Origin: Malacoraja senta
Taxonomy: Eukaryota
DNA: 63,986 nt
Assembly: GCA_038087875.1 (NCBI GenBank)
Contig: CM075987.1
Span: 26,166,001-26,229,986 of the forward strand
Direction of reading: 5' to 3'
This document shows, piece after piece, positions 11,727-23,059 of the stretch. Position 1 is the stretch's first letter. Each line of letters starts with the position of its first letter. The position numbers were made by a program, and so were the translations under genes. Below the pieces are notes generated by a model. It searched no databases, was not told where the DNA came from, and saw nothing but the letters and a program-made list of their open reading frames with translations.

Positions 11727-11828
11727 AGATTTGAGTCTGAAGAAGGGTTTCGGCCCGAAACGTTGCCTATTTCCTTCGCTCCATAGATGCTGCTGCACCC
11801 GCTGAGTTTCTCCAGCACTTTTGTCTAC
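11727..11828 (+). mobile_element. Short Penelope-tail insertion with 14-bp TSD, inside a CR1 tail
   Basis: GATAGATCAGCCAT at 11713-11726 and 11829-11842; core CTGAAGA at 11737. Confidence 0.85.
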
Positions 11829-11905
11829 GATAGATCAGCCATGATTGAATGGCGGAGTAGTCTTGATGGGCCTAATTCTATTCTTATTCCTTATTATGAC
11901 CTTAA

Positions 11906-12014
11906 AGGACCTGTCCCACTTGGGCATTATTTGGGCGTCATTGGTCATCATTTACGCGTCACGACGCACGACGCGAGCGTGACACGCAAAAGATGCCCAA
12001 GTGGGACAGGACCT
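11906..12014. mobile_element. 109-bp PIF/Harbinger-like MITE
   Basis: TIR AGGACCTGTCCCACTTGGGCAT / ATGCCCAAGTGGGACAGGACCT; TAA TSD. Confidence 0.85.
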
Positions 12015-12452
12015 TAAGACCTATCTTCGGTCTATCTTCGGTGTAAACTAGCATCTGCAGTTCCTTCCTACACATATAATTTTTACGCTTTGCATCCAGT
12101 TAAAGAATAGAAATATCAGCTAATGTAATGGTCAGTCAATGATATCGTTAAAGAAATTAGCACTGTGTTATTCAATTATAGACAATAGACAATAGGTGCA
12201 GGAGTAGGCCATTTGGCCCTTCGAGCCAGCACTGCCATTCAATGTGATCATGGCTGACGCGTAAATGCTTATAGAGGTATTTGTTTATGTTCATGGCAAT
12301 ATTCTGCTTCTTTGCACATGGGAGAGCCAGTTATAATGTTAATTACCCCTGCTTTTCTCATTGATGCTTTTCAAATGCCTTTTTGGACATTTTAAAGAAT
12401 AAAACAAGCATTTTATCTATCTATCACTCATCACACTCACTGATTAGCGAGA

Positions 12453-13200
12453 AGATAGACACAAAATGCTGGAGTAACTCAGCCGGAAAGGCCGCATCAC
12501 TGGAGAGAAGGAATGGGTGAGGTTTTGGCTCGAGATTTCTTCAGCCTGATGTCAGGGGAGTGGGCGGGACAGAGATAAGTAAGTGTAAGGTGTGAAAACA
12601 GGACAAAGGGAATGGATAAAGAAGGGTCTTGACCCGAAACGTCATCCATTCCAGAGATGCTGCCTGTCCCGCTGAGTTACTCCAGCTTTTTGTGTCTATC
12701 AAAGGGAATGGAGATCAAGGAAAATTTAGAATAGATCACTGTTAGTTGGGAGAAGATAACAACAGAGATAGAATGTAGTCAGGGACAGTAAGACTGGTGG
12801 GAGAACTGGGAAGGGAGAGGGGATGGAGAGAGGGGGAAAGCAAGGGTTACTTGAAGATAGAGAAGTCAATGTTCATACCGCTGGGGTGTAAGCTGCCCAA
12901 GTGAAATATGAGGTGCTGTTCCTCCTATTTGCGCTGGGCCTCACTCTGACAATGGAGGAGGCCCAGGACAGAAAGGTCAGTGTGGGAATGGGAGGGGGAG
13001 TTAACGTGTTGAGCAAGCGGGAGATCAGGTAGGTTTAGGCAGACTGAGCGGAGGTGTTCAGCAAAATGATCGTCGAGCCTGCGCTTGGTCTCGCAGATAT
13101 ACAGGAGTCCACATCTGGAATGGCGGGTACAGTGGATGAGGTTGGAGGAGATGCAAGTGAACCTCTGCCTCACCTGAAGTTGGAGGAGGTGCAAGTGGAC
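12453..13200 (-). mobile_element. Penelope-like 3' fragment with degenerate GIY-YIG; nested tail unit at 12617-12699
   Basis: ORF 12925-13194 QVRQRFTCISSNLIH..LYICETKRRL; nested unit flanked by CAAAGGGAATGGA. Confidence 0.85.
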
Positions 13201-14068
13201 CTATCACCCATAACTAATCTTGCAATACTATCTGCCATACTGTACTGTCACGTCATATTACACAGGTACATGGATAGGATAGGTTTAGAGCGATATGGGC
13301 CAAACGCAGGCTGGTTGGACTAGTGTAGATGAGATACCGTCTACACATTTAGTGTAGATGAGATCCAAGAGGAATCTCTTCCTTGTGTCCACATAAGTGA
13401 ACACTGTGTATGAAGGAACTGCAGATGCTGGTTTAAACCGAAGATAGACCGAAACATCACCCATTCCTTCTCTCCAGAGATGCTGCCTGTCCCGCTGAGT
13501 TACTCCAGCATTTTGTGTCTATCTTAAGTGAACTCTGAGGTCTCACGCTCCATAAACCACTCTCTTGTATTTCACGGGAACTGCTTTGCAGCCAGTTTAA
13601 TTTACTTCCACATCTCTGCACTCTTTGTAATTTGCTTGTTAGCAAGACAGGCAGCTAACACATTCACTATAATAACACTACAACTCAGTGGCTTCTTTGT
13701 GCCTCCTTCGTCAGTATATTCAGTAGACACGACACACACATCCAGTTCAAGAGCTCAACCCTTCCTTCTCATTTAGTTTGGTTGAGAGGTAAAGCGTGGA
13801 AACATACCCTTCGGCCCATCGGGTCCACGCCGACCAACGATCACCCATTCACACCAAAGGTACACAAAAATGCTGGAGAAACTCAGCGGGTGCAGCAGCA
13901 TCTATGGAGCGAAGGAAATAGGCAATGTTTCGGGCCGAAACCCTTCCTCAGACTGATAGGGGGTGGGGAGAAGAAAGGAAAAAAGGAAAAAGGCGGAGGA
14001 GGAGCCCGAGGGCTGGGGGAGGGGAGGAGACAACCAGAGGGCTGATGAAGGGGAGGGGACAGCAAGGG

Positions 14069-14795
14069 CTAGCAGAATTGGGAGAATTCAATGTTCAAGC
14101 CCCCAGGATGTAGACTGCCCAAGCGGAATATGAGGTGCATTTCCTCCAATTTACGGTGTTGCTCGCTGTGGCCATGGAGGAGACCCAGGACAGAGAGGTC
14201 AGATACGGAATGGGAGGGGGAGTTGAAGTGCTGAGCCACCGGGAGGTCAGGTTGGTTGTTGCAGACCGACCGGAGGTGTTCGGCGAAACGATCGCCAAGC
14301 CTCCGCTTGGTCTCACCGATGTAGATCAGCTGGCATCTAGAGCAGCGGATGCAATAGATGAGGTTGGAGGAGATGCAGGTGAACCTCTGTCGCACCTGGA
14401 ACAACTGTTTGGGTCCTTGAATGGAGTAGAGGGGGGAGGTGAAGGGACAAGTGTTGCATCTCTTGCGGTTGCAAGGGAAAGTACCAGGGAAGGGGGTGGT
14501 ATGGGAAGGAAGGGAAGAATTGACAAGGGAGTTACGGAGGGAGCGGTCTTTGCGGAAGGCAGACATGGGGGGAGATGGGAAGATGTGGCGAGTGGTGGGG
14601 TCACGTTGGAGGTGGCGGAACTGACGGAGGATCACTTGTTGTATGTGATGGCTGGTGGGGTGAAAGGTGAGGACTAGGGGGACTCTGCCCTTGTTGTGAG
14701 TGGGGGGATGGGGAGAGAGAGCAGTGTTGCGGGGTATGGCAGAGACCCTGGTGCGAGCCTCATCTATGGTGGAGGAGGGGAACCCCCGTTCCCTG
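14069..14795 (-). pseudogene. Penelope-like ORF C-terminus: Cys motif (PCNRKRCNTC) and GIY-YIG endonuclease
   Basis: NLIYCIRCSRCQLIYIGETKRRLGDRFAEH; joined to the RT by a frameshift near 14797. Confidence 0.9.
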
Positions 14796-15525
14796 AAGAC
14801 ATTTCGGATGCCCTGGTGTGGAACGCCTCATCCTGGGAGCAGATGCGGCGTAGACGGAGGAATTGGGAGTGGGGGATGGAGTCCTTACAGGAAGCAGGGT
14901 GGGAAGAAGTGTAGTCCAGATAGCCATGGGAGTCGGTAGGTTTGTAGTGGATGTCGGTAAGGAGTCTATCACCTGCGATGGAGATAGTGAGGTCAAGGAA
15001 TGGTAGGGAAGTGTCGGAAATGGTCCAGGTGTATTTGAATGCCGGATGGAAGTTGGTGGTGAAGCGGATGAAGTCAGTCAGTTGTGTGTGGGTGCAGGAT
15101 GTGGCACCAAAACAATCATCGATGTAGCGGAGGTAGAGGTCGGGGATGGGGCCCTGGTACGCATTGAACAAGGATTGTTCTACGTACCCGACAAAGAGGC
15201 AGGCGTAGCTGGGGCCCATGCGTGTGCCCATAGCTACGCCTTGTATTTGGAGGAAATGGGAGGAGTCAAATGAAAAGTTATTAAGTGTAAGGACCAGCTC
15301 CGCTAGGCGGAGGAGGGTGTCAGTGGCCGGGTATAGATTGCTTCTACGGTCGAGGAAAAAATGGAGGGCTTCGAGACCATCCTGGTGGGGGATGGAGGTG
15401 TACAATGACTGGACGTCCATGGTGAAGATGAGGGGGTGAGGGCCTAGAGAGTGGAATGCGCGGAGATGACGGAGAGTGTCTGAGGTGTCTTGAACATAGG
15501 TGGGGAGGGATTTAATCAAGGGAGG
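14796..15525 (-). pseudogene. Penelope-like reverse transcriptase, 5'-truncated
   Basis: TMDVQSLYTSIPH, GVAMGTRMGPSYA, YLRYIDD, FLDL, YKPTDSH..HP motifs. Confidence 0.92.
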
Positions 15526-15865
15526 AAATTGGAGGAAATGCACCTCATATTCCGCTTGGGCAGTCTACATCCTGGGGGCTTGAACATTGAATTCTCCCAA
15601 TTCTGCTAGCCCTTGCTGTCCCCTCCCCTTCATCAGCCATCTGGTTGTCTCCTCCCCTCCCCCAGCCCTCGGGTTCCTCCTCCGCCTTTTTCCATTTTTC
15701 CTTTCTTCTCCCCACCCCCTATCATTCTGAAGAAGGGTTTCGGCCCGAAACGTTACCTATTTCCTTCGCTCCATAGATGCTGCTGCACCCGCTGAGTTTC
15801 TCCAGCATTTTTGTGTACCTTCGATTTTCCAGCATCTGCAGTTCCTTCTTTAACCCATTCACACC

Positions 15866-16645
15866 AGTTTAATTTAGTTTCGGGATACAGTCCTTTCGGC
15901 CCTGGCCAGCGATCCCTGCACATTAACACTATCCTACGCACACGAGGCACCCTTTTTTATACCAAGCCAATTAACCTACAAACCTGTTGGTCTTTGGAGT
16001 GTGGGAGGAAACCAAAGTTCTTGGAGAAAACATAGAAACATAGAAAATAGGTGCAGGAGTAGGCCATTCGGCCCTTCGAGCCTGCACCGCCATTCAATAT
16101 GATCATGGCTGATCATCCAACTCAGTATCCCGTACCGGCCTTCTCTCCATACCCCCTGATCCCTTTAGCCACAAGGGCCACATCTAACTCCCTCTTAAAT
16201 ATAGCCAATGAACTGGCGTCAACTACCCTCTGTGGCAGAGAGTTCCAGAGATTCACCACTCTCTGTGTGAAAAAGTTTTTCCTCATCTCGGTCTTAAAGG
16301 ATTTCCCCCTTATCCTTAAGCTGTGACCCCTTGTCCTGGACTTCCCCAACATCGGGAACAATCTTCCTGCATCTAGCCTGTCCAACCCCTTAAGAATTTT
16401 GTAAGTTTCTATAAGATCCCCCCTCAATCTTCTAAATTCTAGCGAGTACAAGCCGAGTCTATCCAGTCTTTCTTCATATGAAAGTCCTGCCATCCCAGGA
16501 ATCTGTCTGGTGAACCTCCTCTGTACTCCCAGGCAGATCATGGGGAAAAACTCCGTACAGTACCCGGAGTCAGGATTGAACCCGGGAACCTGGTGCTCTA
16601 AGCGCTGTGAGGCAGCAACTCTGCCGCTGCACCACCGTGCCGCCC
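15866..16645 (-). mobile_element. HE1-like SINE, split by a CR1 fragment
   Basis: SINE breaks at GAGAAAAC (~16030) and resumes near 16530. Confidence 0.75.
16031..16529 (-). mobile_element. CR1 LINE 3' fragment
   Basis: ORF 16122-16541 GVQRRFTR..RGDLIETYK..TRGH; (TTTCTATG)n tail. Confidence 0.9.
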
Positions 16646-16909
16646 AGTTCTATGTCACCCCAGTTTCACATCCGACATACCTTGAGGCAATTTGCAGAAG
16701 CTACTTAACCTGCACGTCGTTGGAGTGTGGGAGGAAACCCAGAGCACCCGGAGAAAACCCACGCAGGTCACGGGGACAACGTACAAACTCCGTGCAGACA
16801 GCACCCGTAGTCAGGATCAAACCCCAGTCTCCGGCGCTGTGATGTCATGTTTCATGTATTTCGTGTTTTACGACTGTTGGCAGATCAATTTCTATCGTAT
16901 AATAAAATT

Positions 16910-17205
16910 CTTTAAGAATAAGGAGTAGGCCATTTAGAACGGAGACGAGGAAACACTTTTTCTCACAGAGAGTGGTGAGTCTGTGGAATTCTCTGCCTCA
17001 GAGGGCGGTGGAGGCCGGTTCTCTGGATGCTTTCAAGAGAGAGCTGGATAGGGCTCTTAAAAATAGCGGAGTCAGGGGTTATGGGGAAAAGGCAGGAACG
17101 GGGTACTGATTGGGGATGATCAGCCATGATCACATTGAATGGCGGTGCTGGCTCGAAGGGCCGAATGCCCTACTCCTGCACTTATTGTCTATTGTCTATT
17201 GTCTA
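16910..17205 (+). mobile_element. CR1 LINE 3' end
   Basis: HFFSQRVVSLWNSLP; (CTATTGT)n tail. Confidence 0.88.
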
Positions 17206-18108
17206 TCGTATCGTAACCCAATGTCAACATTGCATTTCCCTTTGTGAGAATGGTGCAGGCTAGGCCTTGAGTTCAGCTTCATGCTTCCCTTGAATGCCAG
17301 TGTACGTTGCCTCCAGGCTGCTATCTTTAATGTACATACAGGTGTGTAATACATCATGTTGTTTTTCTAAAGGAGAGCAACGACTCTGTCTATTTTGTGT
17401 GCTCTACATATTCATTATCTGGGCCTAAAGTACCCGTTTTGCATTTTGCGCTGATCATGCAGATTCCTAAAGGATTATTAATTGACTGCATTCCTCATGA
17501 ATTAATTACATTATGGTACACTTTCGGCATCCACCCTTTATAAATCATCAGTTCGGTTGGAAATGTACCTGTTCAATTTCTTTTAGTACGAAATGATATG
17601 AAATGTTACATCGTCACCCTTTCAGCGAGGGTCTTTTGCTCCAGCTTGCAAAAAGAGGACTTCCAATAATATCGTGCATCGATCAGTACGGGTTCTTGAT
17701 TAGTACGGGCGTCACGGGTTATGGGATGAAGGCAGGAGAATGGGGTTGAGAGTGAAAGGTAGATCATCCACGATTGAATGGCGGAGTAGACTTGATGGGC
17801 CGAATGGTCTAATTCTGCTCCTATCACTTATGAACTTATAATAACACTTTCCACATCTTCAGAACGAGATGGGAAAGGAAGGTTCAGAAAGGTACAGGCC
17901 AAACGCAGGTAGGTGAAACTAATGGAGACAGGGCATCTTGGTCGGCACGGGCAAGTTGGGCCGAAGGGCCTGTTTCCACATTGCATGACTCTGACTCTAT
18001 AATGACTTGTCTGTGGCATGTGAGTGATAGAGCCATCTCCACTGGTCCCCACCTGCCTGCATTTGGTCTATATCCTTCTGATCCTCTCTTATCTATGTAC
18101 CTGACATC

Positions 18109-18837
18109 TTCAGGGAACGGGGGTTCCCCTCCTCCACCATAGATGAGGCTCGCACCAGGGTCTCTGCCATACCCCGCAACACTGCTCTCTCTCCCCATCC
18201 CCCCACGCACAACAAGGGCAGAGTCCCCCTAGTCCTCACCTTTCACCCCACCAGCCGTCACATACAACAAGTGATCCTCCGTCAGTTTCGCCACCTCCAA
18301 CGTGACCCCACCACTCGCCACATCTTCCCATCTCCCCCCATGTCTGCCTTCCGCAAAGACCGCTCCCTCCGTAACTCCCTTGTCAATTCTTCCCTTCCCT
18401 CCCATACCACCCCCTCCCCTGGTACTTTCCCTTGCAATCGCAAGAGATGCAACACTTGTCCCTTCACCTCCCCCCTCGACTCCATTCAAGGACCCAAGCA
18501 GTCGTTCCAGGTGCGACAGAGGTTCACCTGCATCTCCTCCAACCTCATCTATTGCATCCGCTGCTCTAGATGCCAGCTGATCTACATCGGTGAGACCAAG
18601 CGGAGGCTTGGCGATCGTTTCGCCGAACACCTCCGGTCGGTCCGCAATAACCAACCTGACCTCCCGGTGGCTCAGCACTTCAACTCCCCCTCCCATTCCG
18701 TATCTGACCTCTCTGTCCTGGGTCTCCTCCATGGCCACAGCGAGCAACACCGTAAATTGGAGGAAATGCACCTCATATTCCGCTTGGGCAGTCTACATCC
18801 TGGGGGCATGAACATTAAATTCTCCCAACTCTGCTAG
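18109..18837 (+). pseudogene. Penelope-like GIY-YIG endonuclease region (uninterrupted, no native start)
   Basis: FRERGFPSSTID..VPLVLTFHP..PCNRKRCNTC..IYCIRC..IYIGETKR. Confidence 0.88.
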
Positions 18838-18950
18838 CCCTTGCTGTCCCCTCCCTTTCATCAGCCCTCTGGTTGTCTCCTCCCCTCCCCCAGCCCTCGG
18901 GCTCCTCCTCCGCCTTTTTCCTTTTTTCCTTTCTTCCCCCCACCCCCTAT

Positions 18951-18985
18951 CAGTCTGAAGAAGGGTTTCGGCCCGAAACATTGCC
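18951..18985 (+). ncRNA. Putative minimal hammerhead ribozyme motif in the Penelope tail (subfamily B)
   Basis: CTGAAGA-A-GGGT(TTCG)GCCC-GAAAC; activity not shown. Confidence 0.55.
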
Positions 18986-19329
18986 TATTTCCTTTGCTCC
19001 ATAGATGCTGCTGCACCCGCTGAGTTTCTCCAACATTTTTGTGTACCTTCAATTTTCCAGCATCTGCAGTTCCTTCTTTAACATAATGTATTTTAAAATG
19101 TTTTGCTGGAACCTGCCTCAACTACCTCCTCCGGCAGCTCGTTCCATACACCCACCACCCTTTGTGTTTTTTTTAAAAAGGGAACTTTATTTTCCAACTT
19201 TCCCTTTCAATAAACCGAAGGATGAATTCACAATGCACATTGCATGTGGGTGGATTGTGGTTAAATAAGTATTGATTTAAAGCCACGCATGTTCACTCAC
19301 CACCCGACCTACATAAGGGTTATGTTCCA

Positions 19330-19625
19330 GCACGGTGGCGCAGCGGTAGAGTTGCTGCCTCACAGAGACCCAGGTTCGATCCTGACTACGGGCGCTGTCT
19401 GTTCGGAGTTTGTACGTTCTCTCCGTGACCTGCGTGGGTTTTCTCAGAGATCTCCGGTTTCCTCCCGCAAATCCAAAGACGTGCAGGTTTTGTAGGTTTA
19501 TTGGCTTGGCATAAAGTTGTAAATTGTCCCTGGCGCGTGCAGGACGGTGTCAAAGTGCGCGGGGATCGCTGGTTGGCGCGGACTCGGTGGGCCGAAGGGG
19601 CCCTGTTTTTCCGCGCTGTACTAAA
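19330..19625 (+). mobile_element. HE1-like SINE
   Basis: A/B boxes, V domain, tail. Confidence 0.85.
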
Positions 19626-20851
19626 ATCTAGGCTACGTGGGCGAAGTGAATGTGGGCGAGCGGAGCGAACATGCACATGCAGGAGGATGCTATTCCCAGC
19701 TCGATGATCAATGGTCGGGCAAAGCAGCCCAAGCAGCCGCCCAAATTGAAGGAGGAGAACGTTGCAGGGAAGGATCAATAATGTTCAGTGATCTAAACAG
19801 GCAGAAGAAAACCTCCTCCACGTCTTCGTCAACAAATGGAATGGCAAAGTGGGCCGCAGCAATTCCATTTATCTTTCACAATGAGAAGCAATCATTCCTT
19901 CAGCTCTTTATATAATGCACATTATTTTGCCCATTTGTGGGAACATCATTCGGGGCATCAATCCGTTCTTCTTTTGCCAGAGAGCGTGTTTCTAAAAATT
20001 GATTTTCAGGGTGCGGGTATTGCTGGTGAGCTCCATCTTCAGACATCCTCCTGCAACTCATCCCGATTTCCAAGTGCTGGAGTAACCCCAACAGGTCGGG
20101 CAATGTCTCTGGAGGACGTGGGCGGTCTCGTTTCTAAAGTCAGGACCCTTCCTTCGTGTCTGAGATATCGCGCATCTATTTCCTTCGGAGATGCTGAATG
20201 GGGTGAGAATCCAGACATGGGAGGAGCAAAGGGACTTGCTAGTGCTGGTGCAGGATTCCCAACATCTTCAAGTCGAATCGGGAGCAAGGAAAGAAAACGC
20301 AATGCTAGCATTTAATTTGAGAGGACTAGAATACAAAAACAGGGCTGAGGCTCTATAAGGCGTGGTCAGACCACATTTAGAGTATTACGAGCAATTTGGG
20401 CACCATATCAATCAATCGATCAATCAAGTTTTATAAACCAATAAACCTACAAAACCTGCACGTCTATTGGATTTGCGGGAGGAAACCGGAGATCTCTGAG
20501 AAAACATAAGTGCAAGTGAAATGAATTTGCCAGCAGCGGTACAATAAGAAAGAACACACAATACATAATAAAAAATGTTAACCACAGCATTCACCACTGT
20601 GAAGGAAGGCACAAAAATGTGGCCAGTCCTCCTCCATTTTCCATTTTCCCCGTGGTCGGGACCTCAACCCTCTGCAGTCGCCGCTGCGGGCATCGAGATG
20701 TGCAGACATGGTAAGTCCAGGTAAGTCCTGAATCGGTGGAAGGATGTGCCCGCGCTGGAGAGGGTCCAGAGGAAGTTTACAAGAATGATCCCAGGAATGA
20801 GTGGGTTCACATATGATGAGTGTTTGACGGCACTGGGCCTGCACTCGCTGA

Positions 20852-21051
20852 NNNNNNNNNNNNNNNNNNNNNNNNNNNNNNNNNNNNNNNNNNNNNNNNN
20901 NNNNNNNNNNNNNNNNNNNNNNNNNNNNNNNNNNNNNNNNNNNNNNNNNNNNNNNNNNNNNNNNNNNNNNNNNNNNNNNNNNNNNNNNNNNNNNNNNNNN
21001 NNNNNNNNNNNNNNNNNNNNNNNNNNNNNNNNNNNNNNNNNNNNNNNNNNN
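20852..21051. other. Assembly gap of 200 N
   Basis: Run of N; a CR1 fragment runs into it from the left. Confidence 0.99.
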
Positions 21052-21198
21052 ATCCACTGCTTTTGCTTGATAGTCGATAAAGGATTTCTGTTATTTGCTT
21101 CTGTAAGCACAAGGCATACTGCGCCTGTAAGCATACTACTTACATTCAGTGAACAACGAGGGCAGTTTAGAATTAAACGAGGAAGAGTATGCATATTT

Positions 21199-21206
21199 AT
21201 ATATTA

Positions 21207-21243
<37 letters not shown>

Positions 21244-21272
21244 CAGAGACAGAGAGAGAGAGTGAGACACAC
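21199..21272. repeat. (AT)n/(AG)n compound microsatellite
   Basis: Direct reading. Confidence 0.9.
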
Positions 21273-21274
21273 AG

Positions 21275-21682
21275 GCACAAAATGCTGGAGTAACTCAGCG
21301 GGCCAGGCAGCATCTCTGGAGAGAAGGAATAGACAATAGACAATAGGTGCAGGAGTAGGCCATTCGGCCCTTCGAGCCAGCACCGCCATTCAATGTGATC
21401 ATGGCTGGTGGCATTTTGGGTCGAGACCCTTCTTCAGACTGAGAATCAAGGGAGAGGGAGGCACAGAGATATGGAAGGGTAAGGTGTGAGAACGACTGAT
21501 CAAAGGGGATGAGTGTCCAAGGAAAATGTAGAATGGTTCATTGTTAGCGAGACATATAAAGATAGCCTTTAATCAGGACAAGCAGACTAGTTGGATAACC
21601 AGGATCGGGGAGGGATGGAGAGAGAGGGAAAGCAAGGGTTCCTTGAAGTTAGAGAAGTCAATGTTCATACCGCTGGGTTGTA
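21275..21682 (-). mobile_element. Penelope-like 3' tail with a nested CR1 tail (21329-21406)
   Basis: Reverse-complement PLE tail broken by AGACAATAGACAATAGGTGCAGG. Confidence 0.75.
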
Positions 21683-21724
21683 ATATATACATATTATAAT
21701 TATCTATTTATATATATTCATATA

Positions 21725-21958
21725 TTTGGCCCATCAAGTCTACTCCGCCATTCAATCATGGCTGATCTATCTCTCCCTCTCAACCCCATTCTCCTGCCTT
21801 CTCCCCATAACCACTGACATCAAGAATCTGTCAATATCCGCCTTATATCCATTGACTTGGCCTCCACAGACACACCACCCTCTGAACCACTGAAGAAGTT
21901 CCTCCTCATCTCCTTCCGAAGGAACGTGCCTTCAATTCTGAGGCTGTGGCCTCTGGTC
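21725..21958 (-). mobile_element. CR1 3' fragment
   Basis: TRGHSLRIEG..EMRRNFF. Confidence 0.8.
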
Positions 21959-22696
21959 GACATGAAGTTGTGGAGGAAGCGCATGTCACTGATGTCCACG
22001 TGCAGGGTGGAGGGAGAATATGTCTGTGTTAAAAAGCAGAAAATACTGTTTTCCCAGTTCAAAACCAAAAAAAGCCCCAGGCAACCCACTGAGAGAATAT
22101 GCGGCGTTTTAAGTGTTGATGAGAACAGCATGTCCACAATCCATGCAGAGACAACAGGCAGTTCATTTCGACCAGGAAGCTCACACTCTGTGATCCCACA
22201 GTTGTAAGTTGCTGAGAACAACACTCTGAACCGCAGGTAGTTAGCGATCATGTACCGACATCCTGCTTTGTTCCACATACAATCTCTGAACGGGTCTGAC
22301 TGACAGATTCCCCCAAAAGCTCGGCTCGCGTCTCGACGTTAAACAGCACATTTACTGCCACTGAAGTCGAGAGCAAACTGTGAAAATGACCAAATGTCCG
22401 CCTCGCCACATAAGGCAGCGTATTTCATTTTGAGAAAAAAAGAGTATAATTTGATAAGTGATAGGAGCAGAATAAGGAGTAAACCAGCATCTGCAGTTCC
22501 TTCCTAACCATTAAAGATTGTGCTCCCTGCCAGTGAGCCAGCGATACATATAAGGTGGTTGAGAAGGAACTGCAGATGCTGGAAAATCGAAGGTACACAA
22601 AAATGCTGGAGAAACTCAGCGCGTGCGGCAGCATCTATGGAGCGAAGGAGATAGGCAACATTTCGGGCCGAAACCTTTCTTCAGACTGGAATATAT

Positions 22697-22923
22697 AGGG
22701 CCTGTCCCACTTTCACGATCTAATTCACGACTCTGCCGAGTTTGCCCTTGACTCATACTTGCAGCATGGGCGTCATGAGGTCCTAGGTGGGTCGTAGGTA
22801 GGTCATGATGCTAGTCGTAGGTACTCGTGGCATCAAGTAGGTCGGGGCGTTTTTCTAGCATGGTGAAAAATGTCCACGAGTAAAAAACGTCGTGAATTAG
22901 GTCGTGAAAGTGGTGCAGGCCCT
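22697..22923. mobile_element. PIF/Harbinger-like MITE (same terminal type as 8210)
   Basis: TIR AGGGCCTGTCCCACTTTCACGA / TCGTGAAAGTGGTGCAGGCCCT. Confidence 0.85.
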
Positions 22924-23059
22924 TAACTCAGCGGGACAGGCAGCATCTCTGGAGAGAAGGAATGGGTGACGTTTTGGGTCGAGACACCTTCTTCGGATTC
23001 TTCAATATTTTGCAGTTGGAGGTATCTTCATGAAGTGATTGTGCACAAATAGTCGCTTG

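Larger units (their letters stand above)
13857..15852 (-). mobile_element. Young Penelope-like element (Neptune type), 5'-truncated, with an inverted pseudo-LTR at 15526-15852
   Basis: RT plus Cys-rich linker plus GIY-YIG on the minus strand; ~295-bp near-identical inverted arms 13857-14152 and 15526-15821. Confidence 0.92.
18107..19080 (+). mobile_element. Young Penelope-like element 3' part, near-identical to 13857-14797
   Basis: Open frame 18109-18837 with GIY-YIG; tail with hammerhead-like core at 18955. Confidence 0.92.

Noticed and set aside
14135..14677. 180-aa ORF antisense to GIY-YIG (also 18229-18771)
   Set aside because: Shadow frame of the PLE ORF; its presence in both copies reflects their near identity.
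19630..20315. Overlapping ORFs in unique DNA as a host exon
   Set aside because: No recognisable domain, no consistent frame and no splice signals identified.
20578..21207. ORFs containing X runs
   Set aside because: They span the assembly gap.
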